Notes: generated by a model not told the origin, from the letters alone. Positions 10,367 through 20,698 are shown, counted from the stretch's first letter. The stretch is 32,000 nt of DNA from Candidatus Saccharimonadota bacterium (GCA_049942775.1 CP188087.1:420001-452000); one strand, 5' to 3'. A program made the numbers and translations.

Positions 10367-10391
10367 TGTTTCATAAAAGAGAGACAGATTC

Positions 10392-12734
10392 ATGAATCTT
10401 GAGCGTTTAGAACGCATTAAAATTCCTGTTTTACCATTAAGAGACGTTGTAATATATCCTCATATGGTAATTCCTTTGTTTGTAGGACGAAAAAAATCAA
10501 TTATGTGTATTGAATCGTCTATAAATAATGAAAAAAAAATTATGTTAGTAACTCAAAAAGAAGCATCAACTGATGATCCTAAAATAAACGATTTATTTAA
10601 AGTAGGAACAATATCAATAATTTTACAAACATTAAAATTACCAGACGGTACAGTAAAAGTACTAATAGAAGGAACGCAACGAGCTAATATTTTAAATCTA
10701 TTAAATAATGAAAAAAATTTATCTGCAGAAATAGAATTAATTAAAAGTCCAAAAATTGAAAAAAAAGAAAAAATAATATTGTCTAAAACAATAATTGATC
10801 AATTTGAAGAATTTATTAAAAAAAACAAAAAATCTCCAGTAGAACTAATAGAATCTGTTAAAAAAATTAAAAATATTGAACAATTAGGAGACATTATTGC
10901 CTCTCATATTCCATTAAACTTAACTCATAAACAATCATTTTTAGAAATAACAAACATAGAAAAACGATTTTCTTATTTAATTGGAATGATGAAATATGAA
11001 ATAGAATTATTAGAAATAGAAAAGAGAATTAGAAATCGAGTAAAAAGACAAATGGAAAAAAGTCAGAGAGAATATTATTTAAATGAACAAATGAAAGCCA
11101 TTCAAAAAGAATTAGGGGAAAATGAAAATATAACTGACGAAAATGAAAATTTAAAAAGAAAAATAAAAAAAATTTGTATGCCAAAAGAAGCAAAAAAAAA
11201 ATTAGAATCAGAACTACAAAAACTAAAAATGATGTCTCCAATGTCAGCCGAAGCAACTGTTGTAAGGACTTATATTGAATGGATGTTACAAATACCTTGG
11301 AAAAAAAAGAGCAAAATTAAAAAAAATCTTTTAATGGCCCAAAAAATTTTAGATGCCGATCATTTTGGATTAAAAAATGTAAAAGAAAGAATTTTAGAGT
11401 ACCTAGCAGTACAAAATAGAATTTCAAAAATTAAAGGACCTATTTTATGTTTAGTAGGACCCCCTGGAGTTGGAAAAACATCACTAGGAAAATCTATAGC
11501 AAAAGCAACCGGAAGAAAATATATCAGAATGGCTTTGGGTGGAATAAGAGATGAAGCTGAAATTAGAGGACATAGAAGAACTTATATTGGTTCTATGCCT
11601 GGAAAATTAATTCAAAAAATGACAAAAGCTGGAGTTAAAAATCCATTATTTTTGTTAGATGAAATAGATAAAATGTCTTGTGATATGAGGGTTGATCCGG
11701 TTTCTGCATTATTAGAAGTATTAGATCCAGAACAAAATTTTTCTTTTAATGATCATTATTTAGAAATTGATTATGATCTTTCAGAAGTTATGTTTGTTGC
11801 TACATCTAATTCTATAAATATTCCTGATCCGTTATTAGATAGAATGGAAGTAATTAGACTATCTGGATATACTGAAGATGAAAAGTTAAAAATTGCTAAA
11901 TCACATTTAAAAGACAAACAAATTAACCGTAACGCTCTAAAAAAAGAAGAACTAATAATAGATGACGAAGCTATTACTAATATCATTAGATATTACACAA
12001 GAGAAGCAGGAGTAAGAGGACTAGAACGAGAAATATCAAAAATATGTCGTAAAACAGTAAAAAAAATTTTACTAGATAAATCTATAAAAAAAATAAAAAT
12101 TAACAAAAATAACTTAAAAACATACCTTGGAGTAAAAAAATTTAATTATGGGAAAATAAAAGAAAAAAACCAAATAGGTGAAGTTACTGGTTTAGCTTGG
12201 ACAGAAGTAGGAGGAGAACTACTAACAATAGAAAGTGCTTGTATTTCTGGAAAAGGAAAATTAATGTATACAGGTTCTTTGGGAGAAGTGATGCAAGAAT
12301 CTATACAAGCAGCATTAACTGTAGTAAGATCTCAAGCAAAAAAATTAAAAATTACAAAAAATTTTTATGAAAAAAATGACATCCATGTGCATGTCCCAGA
12401 AGGAGCCACTCCTAAAGATGGTCCTAGCGCAGGAATTGCAATGTGTACAGCAATTGTGTCTTGCTTTACAAAAAATCCAGTTAAATCTGATGTTGCAATG
12501 ACTGGAGAAATTACTTTACGAGGACAAATATTACCTATAGGAGGATTGAAAGAAAAACTATTAGCTGCCCATAGAGGTGGAATAAAACAAGTTTTAATAC
12601 CTAAAGAAAATAAAAAAGATCTAGAAGAAATTCCAAAAAATATTCTTTCTTGTTTAAAAATATATCCAGTGAAAAATATTAAAGAAGTACTATTGTTAGC
12701 ATTGGAGAAAAATCCTTATTCTTCAATAAAATAA
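10392..12734 (+). CDS. lon: ATP-dependent Lon protease
   Basis: The 780-aa ORF is collinear with E. coli Lon. It has an MNLERLERIKIPVLPLRDVV N-terminus, Walker A GPPGVGKTS and Walker B LFLLDEIDK. It also has the catalytic-Ser context PKDGPSAGIAM and LPIGGLKEKLLAAHRGGIK. Confidence 0.97.
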   Translation: MNLERLERIKIPVLPLRDVVIYPHMVIPLFVGRKKSIMCIESSINNEKKIMLVTQKEASTDDPKINDLFKVGTISIILQTLKLPDGTVKVLIEGTQRANILNLLNNEKNLSAEIELIKSPKIEKKEKIILSKTIIDQFEEFIKKNKKSPVELIESVKKIKNIEQLGDIIASHIPLNLTHKQSFLEITNIEKRFSYLIGMMKYEIELLEIEKRIRNRVKRQMEKSQREYYLNEQMKAIQKELGENENITDENENLKRKIKKICMPKEAKKKLESELQKLKMMSPMSAEATVVRTYIEWMLQIPWKKKSKIKKNLLMAQKILDADHFGLKNVKERILEYLAVQNRISKIKGPILCLVGPPGVGKTSLGKSIAKATGRKYIRMALGGIRDEAEIRGHRRTYIGSMPGKLIQKMTKAGVKNPLFLLDEIDKMSCDMRVDPVSALLEVLDPEQNFSFNDHYLEIDYDLSEVMFVATSNSINIPDPLLDRMEVIRLSGYTEDEKLKIAKSHLKDKQINRNALKKEELIIDDEAITNIIRYYTREAGVRGLEREISKICRKTVKKILLDKSIKKIKINKNNLKTYLGVKKFNYGKIKEKNQIGEVTGLAWTEVGGELLTIESACISGKGKLMYTGSLGEVMQESIQAALTVVRSQAKKLKITKNFYEKNDIHVHVPEGATPKDGPSAGIAMCTAIVSCFTKNPVKSDVAMTGEITLRGQILPIGGLKEKLLAAHRGGIKQVLIPKENKKDLEEIPKNILSCLKIYPVKNIKEVLLLALEKNPYSSIK

Positions 12735-12783
12735 AAATGATATTTATAAAACATATTTTTTTAATTTTTTAACATTTTCTTTT

Positions 12784-12825
12784 GGCTGGCAAAATAATTA
12801 TAAAAATGAATTGCCAGCCTTTTAT
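12784..12825 (+). terminator. Rho-independent terminator candidate downstream of lon
   Basis: A perfect 9-bp GC-rich inverted repeat, GGCTGGCAA (12784-12792) / TTGCCAGCC (12811-12819), is followed by TTTTAT. It lies 50 nt after the lon stop. The 18-nt loop is larger than in a canonical terminator. Confidence 0.55.
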
Positions 12826-12881
12826 AGAATTAGTAAAAGAAAAAATCTAATTAATTTTATTAAACGTAGGTATTAGATTTC

Positions 12882-14744
12882 ATGAATTATTCCCAAAAGA
12901 AATTAAAAACAATTTTCTTAAATTTAACTATATCTATAATTATATTTACTATTTTCTTAGGAAGCTTTTTAAATTTTTATAATAAAAATTATGGATCATA
13001 TGCTTTAAAAATTAATGGAGAAATTATAACTGTTGAAAAATTTTTAAATAAATTCAATCTATATAAAAAGGAAATAGAAAAAAGAAACAAAGAACTATCT
13101 TTTTATGAAAAAAATGATCAATCTATAAAAATGGAACTTTTTAACCAAATTTTATCAAAAATAATAAATAATGTTTTATTAGAACAATACATTAAAAAAA
13201 TTGGTTTTTCTGTTTCAAATTCTGTTGTTCAAGCAGAAATAATAAAAAAACCTTACTTCAAAAAAAAAGGAAAATTCAATTTTAATTTATATATTTCAAA
13301 ATTATATCAACACCATACTACTCCTAAACAATACGAAAAAAAAATAAAAAATAAAATCTCTATAGATACTTTTATTAATACTATTATAAATACAAATTTC
13401 TCTTTAAAAAAAGAATCTGATTTTATTTCTAAACTTATCTCAGAAAAAAGGTTAATTAAAATACTTGAAATCAATAATTTTTCTTCATTTAAAAAAGAAA
13501 AAGTTACGTTAGATGAAATGAAAAAATATTTTAAAGAAAACAAAAAATTATTTATTTCTCCAAAAAAAATCAAAATTTCTTACATAAAAATTAAAAAAAA
13601 CAAAATTCCAATAACAATAACAAAAGAAGAAATAAAAAATTGGTATACAAAAAATTTATCAAAATTTCATACGAATGAATTAAAAAAATTTAGTATTATA
13701 CAAAGCAATAATAAAAAAAAACTAAAAGAAATATTATCTAATATTTTATTAAAAAATGGAAATTTTAAAAAATTAGCAAAAAAATATTCTTGTGATCCTA
13801 TTTCTGCAAAAAATAATGGAAAATTAGGATGGTTTAATTCAAACGAACTTCCTATCGATATTAAAAAAGCAAATCTAACCAAAAAAAATCAATTATCAAA
13901 AATAATTAAAATAAATTCTAAAGTTTACTTGATAGTAAAATTAGACGATATAAAAATTAGTAAAACAAAAAAACTTAACGAAGTTAAAAAAGAAATAATA
14001 AAAAATATTAAATTTAAAAAACAATCGATAATTTATGAAAATCTAAAAAGAAGAATACAAGATAAAAATAAAAAATTTTTATTACAATCAATAGAAACAA
14101 TTTCAAAAATAATGAATATAAAAAAAAACAAAAGTGCATGGATTACTAAAAATAATATTCCAAAAAAATTATTAAACCAAGAAATTATTAGACTACTATT
14201 TGATCCTAAAATAAAACAAGAAAAAAAAACAAAATTATTTGTAGAAATAAATGACAATCTTTCTTACTTAATACAATTTGATCAAGTTAAAGAAAAAAAA
14301 CCAATTCAATTTGAAAAAGTAAAAAAAGAAATTTATTTAATTTTAAAAAATGAAAAATCAAGAAAAAAAATAAAAAAAATTGGATTAAATATAATTGAGA
14401 ATTTAAATAAAAATAAAAACTTTTTGTTAAACAAAAAATATAAATTTAAAAAAAGAATCACTTTATCAAGAGATATTAATGATCCAATATCTAAAACAGT
14501 CTTTCAATTACCTTATCCGAAAAAAAATAAAAACATATATGTTCTAAAAAAAAATGAATTAGGAGATTTATATATTATATGTTTCTATAAAGTATATAAT
14601 AGAAAGATAAATTCATATGAAAATCAAATTTTCAACCGTTATTTAAAACAACATAAATCAGAAATAATATTAAACACTCTTCTAAAAAACTTACAAAAAA
14701 AATCTAATATAAAATATGGAAATATCTTTTTAGAAAAAAAATAA
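12882..14744 (+). CDS. ppiD: Periplasmic chaperone / peptidyl-prolyl isomerase PpiD
   Basis: The 620-aa ORF has an N-terminal membrane anchor (ISIIIFTIFLGSF) and a parvulin-like region aligning with E. coli PpiD: ISYIKI, FSIIQ, DPISAKNNGKLGWF, LIVKLDDIK, and near the C-terminus RDINDPISKTVFQLPYP. It sits after lon as in E. coli, minus hupB. Confidence 0.88.
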   Translation: MNYSQKKLKTIFLNLTISIIIFTIFLGSFLNFYNKNYGSYALKINGEIITVEKFLNKFNLYKKEIEKRNKELSFYEKNDQSIKMELFNQILSKIINNVLLEQYIKKIGFSVSNSVVQAEIIKKPYFKKKGKFNFNLYISKLYQHHTTPKQYEKKIKNKISIDTFINTIINTNFSLKKESDFISKLISEKRLIKILEINNFSSFKKEKVTLDEMKKYFKENKKLFISPKKIKISYIKIKKNKIPITITKEEIKNWYTKNLSKFHTNELKKFSIIQSNNKKKLKEILSNILLKNGNFKKLAKKYSCDPISAKNNGKLGWFNSNELPIDIKKANLTKKNQLSKIIKINSKVYLIVKLDDIKISKTKKLNEVKKEIIKNIKFKKQSIIYENLKRRIQDKNKKFLLQSIETISKIMNIKKNKSAWITKNNIPKKLLNQEIIRLLFDPKIKQEKKTKLFVEINDNLSYLIQFDQVKEKKPIQFEKVKKEIYLILKNEKSRKKIKKIGLNIIENLNKNKNFLLNKKYKFKKRITLSRDINDPISKTVFQLPYPKKNKNIYVLKKNELGDLYIICFYKVYNRKINSYENQIFNRYLKQHKSEIILNTLLKNLQKKSNIKYGNIFLEKK

Positions 14745-14996
14745 ATTATTATCAAATTTTTTTCTGTTTTTTTAATTAAAATTAAATAAAAATTGTTGAT
14801 GATCAAAAATCAAAAAATTTAAATTTATAAAATTTAATTTTTAAAGAAAAAATTCTTTATTTTAAAATACTTATATAAAATATATTCACATATACAGTTT
14901 GAAACTGATATATATTTATTAAAAAATATACCTATTGCATACAGGGGTATATATATTTATATTTTTTTATAAATAACAAAAGTAATAGGAAAATTT

Positions 14997-16775
14997 GTGA
15001 AATTATTCAAACAACTAAATTGGTATTTTATAAAAGAATGGAAAAGATACTTAGGAGCTATTTCTCTTTTAGTTATAATTTCTATATTACAATTACTACC
15101 TCCAAAACTTGTTGGTATAATAGTTGATTCAATTATTCAAAAAAAAACAAATGAAAAAAATGTTTTTTTATTAATAGCCATTATGATAGTTACTGCTATA
15201 ACTGTATATATTTTGAGATATATATGGAGAATTTTATTATTTGGAGCTTCTTATCAACTAGCTGTAGAATTAAGAGTAAAATTTTATTCTTATCTTAGTA
15301 AACAATCTCCTATTTTTTATCTACAAAACAGAACTGGAGATTTGATGTCAAGAGCTATTAATGACGTTGATAGAGTCGTATTTGCAGCAGGGGAAGGAGT
15401 TTTAACATTAGTAGATTCTTTAGTAATGGGTTGTTCTGTATTAATAGTTATGACAAGCCAAATTAGTTGGAAATTGACTGTTATTTCATTAATACCAATG
15501 CCTATAATGGCATTTTTAATAAAAACTTATGGAAAAGAACTGCATCAACATTTTAGACAAGCGCAAGCTGCTTTTTCTAACTTAAATGATCAAACGCAGG
15601 AAAGTTTAACTAGCATTAGAATGATTCGAACATTTGGTTTAGAAAAACGACAATATAAAAAATTCTATGAAATAACTAAAGATGCTGGAATAAAAAATAT
15701 GCTTGTTGCAAAAATAGACGCAAAATTTGATCCAACTATACATTTAGCAATTTCTTTATCTAATTTATTAGCTATTACTTTTGGAGGATGGTTAGTTTGG
15801 AATGAAAAAATTAGTTTAGGTCAATTAACTAGTTTTATTATGTATTTAGGAGTAATGATTTGGCCAATGTTGGCATTGGCCTGGATGTTTAATATAGTTG
15901 AAAGAGGAAGCGCTGCATGGGATCGAATTCAATCTATTTTAAAAAACAAAGTTCCTATAAAAAGCGGAAAAATAAATGTTCCTCTTTCCTGCGGAATATT
16001 AGAAATAAAAATAAAAAAATTCGATTATTTCAATAATAAAAAATATTTTTTAAAAAATGTTTTTTTTTCAATACTTCCTAAACAAAAAATTGGTATTTGT
16101 GGTCCAACTGGTTCTGGTAAAAGTACTATTATCCGATTAATACAAAAAAATTTTTATATTTCTCAGGGAGAAATCCGTTATCATAATTATCCTTTAGAAA
16201 AATTAAATTTAAAACAGTGGAGAAATAAAATATCTGTGGTTAATCAAACTACTTTTTTGTTTTCAGATACCATAGCTAATAATATTGCTTTTGGACATCC
16301 TAAATCTTCTTTTGAAGAGATAAAAAAAGTTGCAAAACTAGCTCATATACATGAAGATATAATGAAGTTTCCAAAAAAATATAATACTCCGATAGGAGAA
16401 AGAGGAGTAATGCTGTCAGGAGGCCAAAAACAAAGAATTGCAATTGCCAGAGCATTATTGTTAAAATCTGAATTTTTAATTTTAGACGATGCTTTATCAG
16501 CAGTTGATACGTTTACTGAAAAAAAAATCTTAAATAGCTTAAAATCTTTAAAAAATCATGGACATACAATTATTGTGGTATCTCATCAATTATCTGTATT
16601 GTCACAGATGGATACCATAATTGTAATTAATAACAATACTATTTCTCAACAAGGAACTCACAATGATTTAATGAAACAGAAAAAAGATTGGTACTATCAA
16701 ACATATCATTGTCAAGATAAACATATAAAAAATACTCAAATAAAAACTAAAGAGGATTTTCTAAAAAATGGCTAA
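14997..16775 (+). CDS. mdlA: ABC-type multidrug-like exporter, fused permease/ATPase MdlA
   Basis: A GTG start aligns with Met1 of E. coli MdlA ([11 protein letters not shown] vs MRLFAQLSWYF). Other matches are [60 protein letters not shown], Walker [10 protein letters not shown], signature LSGGQKQR and Walker [11 protein letters not shown]. Confidence 0.93.
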   Translation: MKLFKQLNWYFIKEWKRYLGAISLLVIISILQLLPPKLVGIIVDSIIQKKTNEKNVFLLIAIMIVTAITVYILRYIWRILLFGASYQLAVELRVKFYSYLSKQSPIFYLQNRTGDLMSRAINDVDRVVFAAGEGVLTLVDSLVMGCSVLIVMTSQISWKLTVISLIPMPIMAFLIKTYGKELHQHFRQAQAAFSNLNDQTQESLTSIRMIRTFGLEKRQYKKFYEITKDAGIKNMLVAKIDAKFDPTIHLAISLSNLLAITFGGWLVWNEKISLGQLTSFIMYLGVMIWPMLALAWMFNIVERGSAAWDRIQSILKNKVPIKSGKINVPLSCGILEIKIKKFDYFNNKKYFLKNVFFSILPKQKIGICGPTGSGKSTIIRLIQKNFYISQGEIRYHNYPLEKLNLKQWRNKISVVNQTTFLFSDTIANNIAFGHPKSSFEEIKKVAKLAHIHEDIMKFPKKYNTPIGERGVMLSGGQKQRIAIARALLLKSEFLILDDALSAVDTFTEKKILNSLKSLKNHGHTIIVVSHQLSVLSQMDTIIVINNNTISQQGTHNDLMKQKKDWYYQTYHCQDKHIKNTQIKTKEDFLKNG

Positions 16776-18510
16776 TTTAATAAAATTTTGGCCAATATTA
16801 AAAAGGTTATTAAGATATGGTATTCCATGGAAAAAATCATTATACTCAGCTTTTTTACTTTTATTAGGATCTTCAATTTCTGAAGTATTAGGTCCAATAT
16901 TAATTAGCTATTATATTCATAATATAATAGAAGAACATTATTTTAACACAAAACTAGTGTCATTTATAATAATAACATTCGTTATACTACAAACTGTTGC
17001 TGCTATTTTAAATTACTTTCAAACAATATTATTTAGTCAAATAGCAATAAAAATTATACAAAAAATAAGATCTGACGTTATTGAAGCTGCATTACAACAA
17101 CCTATTACAACATTTGACACAGAACCTATTGGACAAATAATTTCTAAAGTAACAAACGATACTGAAGTAATAAGAGAACTGTATGATACTGTTATTGTTA
17201 CTATTTTTCGTAGTAGTTCATTAATTATAGTAATATTATTAGCAATGTTTACTTTAGAATGGCATATGGCATTAGTATCAATTTCTATTTTTCCATTCAT
17301 AGTAATAATAATGTTTACATATCAATATTACAGTATTCCTATGATAAGAAAGATAAGGTCTTATTTAGCTAATATAAATAATAAATTTAATGAAATTATT
17401 AATGGAATGGAAATTATTCAACAATTTTCTCAACAAAAGCGGTTTAAAAAAATAATACAAAAAACATGTCAAAAACATTATTTTATGAGAATGAAAACAT
17501 TACAATTAGATGGATTTTTATTAAGACCATTAATAAGTTTATTTTCAGCAATCATGCTATCTGTCTTAATGATATTATTTAGTTATTTTCCAATAGGATT
17601 TTTTAAAGTAGGCGTTCTATATGCTTTTATTAATTATTTAGGAAGATTGAACGAACCATTAATTGCTATTACAACACAACAATCAATATTACAGCAATCT
17701 ATAGTAGCAGGAGAAAGAATTTTTGAACTAATAGATTCACCTAGACAACATTATGGAAACGATAAAAAACCTTTAAAAAATGGAAAAATTGAAATTAGAA
17801 ATTTAAATTTTAGATATAAAAACAATTCTATAAAAGTTTTAAAAAACATTAATATATTTATTCCAGAAAAAAGTTTTATAGCTTTTGTAGGGCAAACAGG
17901 TAGTGGAAAAAGTAGTTTAGCTAATCTTCTTATGGGACAATATCCTATTGAAAATGGAGAAATATATTTAGATGATAGAAGAATAGAAAAACTTAGTCAT
18001 AACGTTTTAAGAAATGGGATTAGTGTAGTACAACAAGATCCAATTATTTTAGCTGATACTGTATTTTCAAACATAACTTTAGGTAGAAAAATCAAAGAAG
18101 AAAAAGTTTTAAAAATTTTGAAAAAAGTTCAATTATTAACTTTAATAAAATCCATGAAAAACGGAATTTATTCAATGTTAAGAGAACAAGGCAACAATCT
18201 TTCTGTAGGACAAAAGCAGTTGTTATCTATTGCTAGAATATTAATAACTAATCCAAAAATTCTAATTTTAGACGAAGCAACAGCAAATATCGATTCAGAA
18301 ACAGAACAATTTGTTCAAAAAGTATTACATTTAATAAAAAAAAAAACTACTTTGCTAGTAATTGCGCATAGATTATCAACAATAATTCAAGCAGATAATA
18401 TATTTGTTTTAGACAATGGGGAAATTGTTGAATCAGGAGACCATAAGAGCTTAATGATAAAAAAGGGAAAATATTGGGAAATGCATAAGACTCAACTGAA
18501 AATGATGTAA
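16768..18510 (+). CDS. mdlB: ABC-type multidrug-like exporter, fused permease/ATPase MdlB
   Basis: The 580-aa ORF overlaps mdlA by 8 nt. It has six predicted TM segments followed by an ABC domain: Walker [10 protein letters not shown], signature LSVGQKQL, Walker [13 protein letters not shown] and H-loop IAHRLST. It sits after mdlA as in E. coli. Confidence 0.92.
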   Translation: MANLIKFWPILKRLLRYGIPWKKSLYSAFLLLLGSSISEVLGPILISYYIHNIIEEHYFNTKLVSFIIITFVILQTVAAILNYFQTILFSQIAIKIIQKIRSDVIEAALQQPITTFDTEPIGQIISKVTNDTEVIRELYDTVIVTIFRSSSLIIVILLAMFTLEWHMALVSISIFPFIVIIMFTYQYYSIPMIRKIRSYLANINNKFNEIINGMEIIQQFSQQKRFKKIIQKTCQKHYFMRMKTLQLDGFLLRPLISLFSAIMLSVLMILFSYFPIGFFKVGVLYAFINYLGRLNEPLIAITTQQSILQQSIVAGERIFELIDSPRQHYGNDKKPLKNGKIEIRNLNFRYKNNSIKVLKNINIFIPEKSFIAFVGQTGSGKSSLANLLMGQYPIENGEIYLDDRRIEKLSHNVLRNGISVVQQDPIILADTVFSNITLGRKIKEEKVLKILKKVQLLTLIKSMKNGIYSMLREQGNNLSVGQKQLLSIARILITNPKILILDEATANIDSETEQFVQKVLHLIKKKTTLLVIAHRLSTIIQADNIFVLDNGEIVESGDHKSLMIKKGKYWEMHKTQLKMM

Positions 18511-18526
18511 AGAAAATCTTTTTTAT

Positions 18527-18640
18527 GTTGTTTTCTGCTAGTATTTCCAGTACATGTAATCATTTAAATTGGATGCTTTCTTTCGAACCTGACCAGTTTT
18601 TTTAAACTAACATTACAGTTTAAAACTAACAGAAAACAAA
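18527..18640 (-). ncRNA. ffs: 4.5S RNA (signal recognition particle RNA)
   Basis: The reverse complement reads ...AACTGGTCAGGTTCGAAAGAAAGCATCC..., matching the universally conserved SRP domain IV of E. coli 4.5S RNA (ACCAGGTCAGGTCCGGAAGGAAGCAGCC). It has a GNRA tetraloop (GAAA) and conserved CAGG/AGCA loop nucleotides. The termini pair into the long hairpin: 5' TGTTTTCTGTTAGT with 3' ACTAGCAGAAAACA, including one G-U pair. Length is about 114 nt, the same as E. coli ffs. It is locally GC-richer than its flanks. Ends are accurate to about 3 nt. Confidence 0.85.
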
Positions 18641-18820
18641 AAAATTAAATAAACTATAACCTCATAATCTATTTATGAAAAAATAATATCATATTTTTTA
18701 ATTTGTTACAAATCATTTACAACTTTTTAAGAATGTTAATTCTTAATTTTTTTTATATTGTTTAAGTTTATGTTAGCATATTAAATATTAATTTAATATT
18801 AAATTTAAAACAAATAAAAT

Positions 18821-19906
18821 ATGAATTATCAAGCAATGTATAGAAAATGGAGACCGAAAAATTTAAAAGAAATAATCGGACAAGAACAAATAGTATTAGC
18901 AATTAGTAATAGTTTATCTATGAGAAAAATTCATCATGCATGGCTGTTTTTTGGCAATCGAGGAATAGGTAAAACTAGTATAGCTAGAATATTAGTTAAA
19001 AATTTAAATTGTGAAAAAAAAATAACAAATAATCCATGTGAAAAATGTAAAAATTGTCAAGACATATCAAAAGGAAAATTTTTAGATTTAATTGAAATAG
19101 ATGGTGCTTCTCATACTAAGGTAGAAGATATAAAAGAACTACTAAAATATATTCAATATCCTCCAATAAAAGGTCGATTTAAAATATATTTAATAGACGA
19201 AGTTCACATGTTGTCTAAACATAGCTTTAATGCTTTACTAAAATATCTTGAAGAACCTCCTAAATATACTAAATTTATTTTAGCAACTACTAATCTTGAA
19301 AAAATACCTAAAACTGTTTTATCAAGATGTTTAATCTTTAATTTAAGACCAATCAATGAAATAAAAATTTATAAAAAAATTATTGATATTTTAAAAATAG
19401 AAAAAATTTCTTTTGAAGAAAAAGCAATTAGGAACATCTCTAAATTTTCAGAAGGTAGTCTTAGAGATGCTTTATGTTATGTTGAAAACGCTATTTCTAT
19501 AGGAAACAGAAACATTTCTAATACTGTTGTAAATAATATGTTAGGAACATTAGATGAAGATTATTCAATAAAAATAATAATTTGTTTATTAAAAAATAAT
19601 GCAATATCATTGACAAAAATTATTAATGAAATAAGTGAATTTGGAATTGAATGGGAACAAATTTTAACAAGTCTACTTAAAATTTTACATTATATTTTTA
19701 TGTCACAATCTTATCCTTTAATTTGGAAAGATCAAGAATTTACAGCAGAACAAAAAAAAACACTAATAAAAATTTCGAACACAACATCTCCAATTAAAAT
19801 ACAAACTTTATATAATAAAATAACAATAGGAAAAAAAGATATAAAACTAGCTCCTACAAAAAAAACTAGTGTTGAAATGACTTTACTGAGCATAATATTA
19901 TGCTAA
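18821..19906 (+). CDS. dnaX: DNA polymerase III clamp-loader subunit DnaX, short form ending at the domain III boundary
   Basis: The 361-aa ORF is collinear with the first ~365 aa of E. coli DnaX: YRKWRP, Walker A GNRGIGKTS, the zinc module C..C.NC, LIEIDGASHTKVEDI, YLIDEVHMLS..SFNALLKYLEEPP, SRC, EGSLRDAL, and a VEMTLL ending. It lacks the tau domains IV and V. Confidence 0.93.
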   Translation: MNYQAMYRKWRPKNLKEIIGQEQIVLAISNSLSMRKIHHAWLFFGNRGIGKTSIARILVKNLNCEKKITNNPCEKCKNCQDISKGKFLDLIEIDGASHTKVEDIKELLKYIQYPPIKGRFKIYLIDEVHMLSKHSFNALLKYLEEPPKYTKFILATTNLEKIPKTVLSRCLIFNLRPINEIKIYKKIIDILKIEKISFEEKAIRNISKFSEGSLRDALCYVENAISIGNRNISNTVVNNMLGTLDEDYSIKIIICLLKNNAISLTKIINEISEFGIEWEQILTSLLKILHYIFMSQSYPLIWKDQEFTAEQKKTLIKISNTTSPIKIQTLYNKITIGKKDIKLAPTKKTSVEMTLLSIILC

Positions 19907-20184
19907 TTTTAAAAAAATATAAGACAATAAAAAATGAAAAAAAAAATACTACAGAAATTTTTATAAAAATTATAAAATTGTTGTCAAAAAAAAAAAAAAG
20001 TCTAAAAAAAAAAGAAAAAATAAATTTTTTTTCCAATAAAAGAATATTAAAAATAAAAAAACAATGTTTTTTAAAAATAAAAAACTTAAAAAGTAAAGAA
20101 GTGAACTTTAAAAAAACAAATAAAAATATACCAAAAAACGATTTAAACATAAAAATGATAAAAAAAATTTTTAAAATTTCTTAA
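19900..20184 (+). other. Lysine-rich 94-codon ORF in the -1 frame relative to dnaX. It is either a decayed remnant of the tau C-terminal region or a chance ORF in A-rich DNA.
   Basis: The ORF overlaps the dnaX stop by 7 nt. The sequence is very A-rich, with A14 (19986-19999) and A10 (20004-20013) tracts. An equally long ORF exists on the opposite strand (19866-20150), which is typical of low-complexity DNA. I see no motif similarity to tau domains IV or V. Confidence 0.2.
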
Positions 20185-20266
20185 ATTAGAAAACAACAAT
20201 ATTTAACTTACAATAAATAGAATTTTATTATAAAAATTATAATACATCTATATAACTGGAGAGAAA

Positions 20267-20602
20267 ATGTTTACTAAAAAGGGATTGGGTAATTTTATGA
20301 AACAAGCACAGGAAATACAAAAAAAAATAGAAATAACTAAAAAAGAAATAGAAAAAATAGAAGTTACTGGAGAATCAGGAGCAGGATTAGTAAAAATTAC
20401 TATAAATGGATCATACAATTGCAAGACAGTAGAAATAGATTCTAGTTTACTATCTGTTGATGAAAAAGAAATGCTAGAAGATCTAACGACTGCAGCTTTC
20501 AATGATGCTATAAGAAGGATAACTGAAGAAAAAAAGAGAAAAATGGATTCAATTTCTACAGAAACAACATTTTCTAATGGATTAAATTTCCCATTATTAT
20601 AA
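20267..20602 (+). CDS. ybaB: Nucleoid-associated protein YbaB/EbfC
   Basis: The 111-aa ORF is very close to E. coli YbaB: [56 protein letters not shown]. Confidence 0.95.
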   Translation: MFTKKGLGNFMKQAQEIQKKIEITKKEIEKIEVTGESGAGLVKITINGSYNCKTVEIDSSLLSVDEKEMLEDLTTAAFNDAIRRITEEKKRKMDSISTETTFSNGLNFPLL

Positions 20603-20698
20603 AAATTAAAAACAAAACTATTTAAAAAACTTTATACATAATAAAAGTTTAATAAAAGTTTTTAAATAATTTAAAAAAATAAAAACTATGGAAAATAT

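Noticed and set aside
14895-14952. A 13-nt palindrome CAGTTTGAAACTG (14895-14907) and a hairpin ATATACC-13 nt-GGTATAT (14926-14952) in the ppiD-mdlA spacer.
   Set aside because: Arms of 6-7 bp dominated by A/T are expected by chance in AT-rich spacers. No U-tract or recognisable operator context is present. They cannot be told apart from background without comparative data.
19876-19906. Programmed -1 ribosomal frameshift joining dnaX to the downstream ORF, by analogy with E. coli tau/gamma.
   Set aside because: The only region where both frames are open (19876-19906, AATGACTTTACTGAGCATAATATTATGCTAA) has no slippery heptamer of the A AAA AAG type. I see no upstream SD-like stimulator or downstream stem-loop either. 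It is kept only as a low-probability idea within the dnaX finding.
19866-20150. A 94-aa minus-strand ORF between dnaX and ybaB.
   Set aside because: It mirrors the A-rich plus strand (poly-F/K composition). It points away from any plausible promoter and has no motif. Its existence mainly shows that long ORFs arise by chance in this low-complexity stretch.
20588-20600. A TTCCCATTAT motif about 100 nt upstream of htpG as a sigma32 -10 element.
   Set aside because: It lies within the last codons of ybaB (F-P-L-L-stop). It has no CTTGAAA-like -35 at the right spacing, and it is not positionally homologous to the E. coli htpG promoter. It is probably coincidence.
20640-20661. A tandem duplication of the 11-mer AATAAAAGTTT upstream of htpG.
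   Set aside because: There are only two copies of a short AT-rich unit. This is consistent with replication slippage noise and shows no sign of a functional repeat array.
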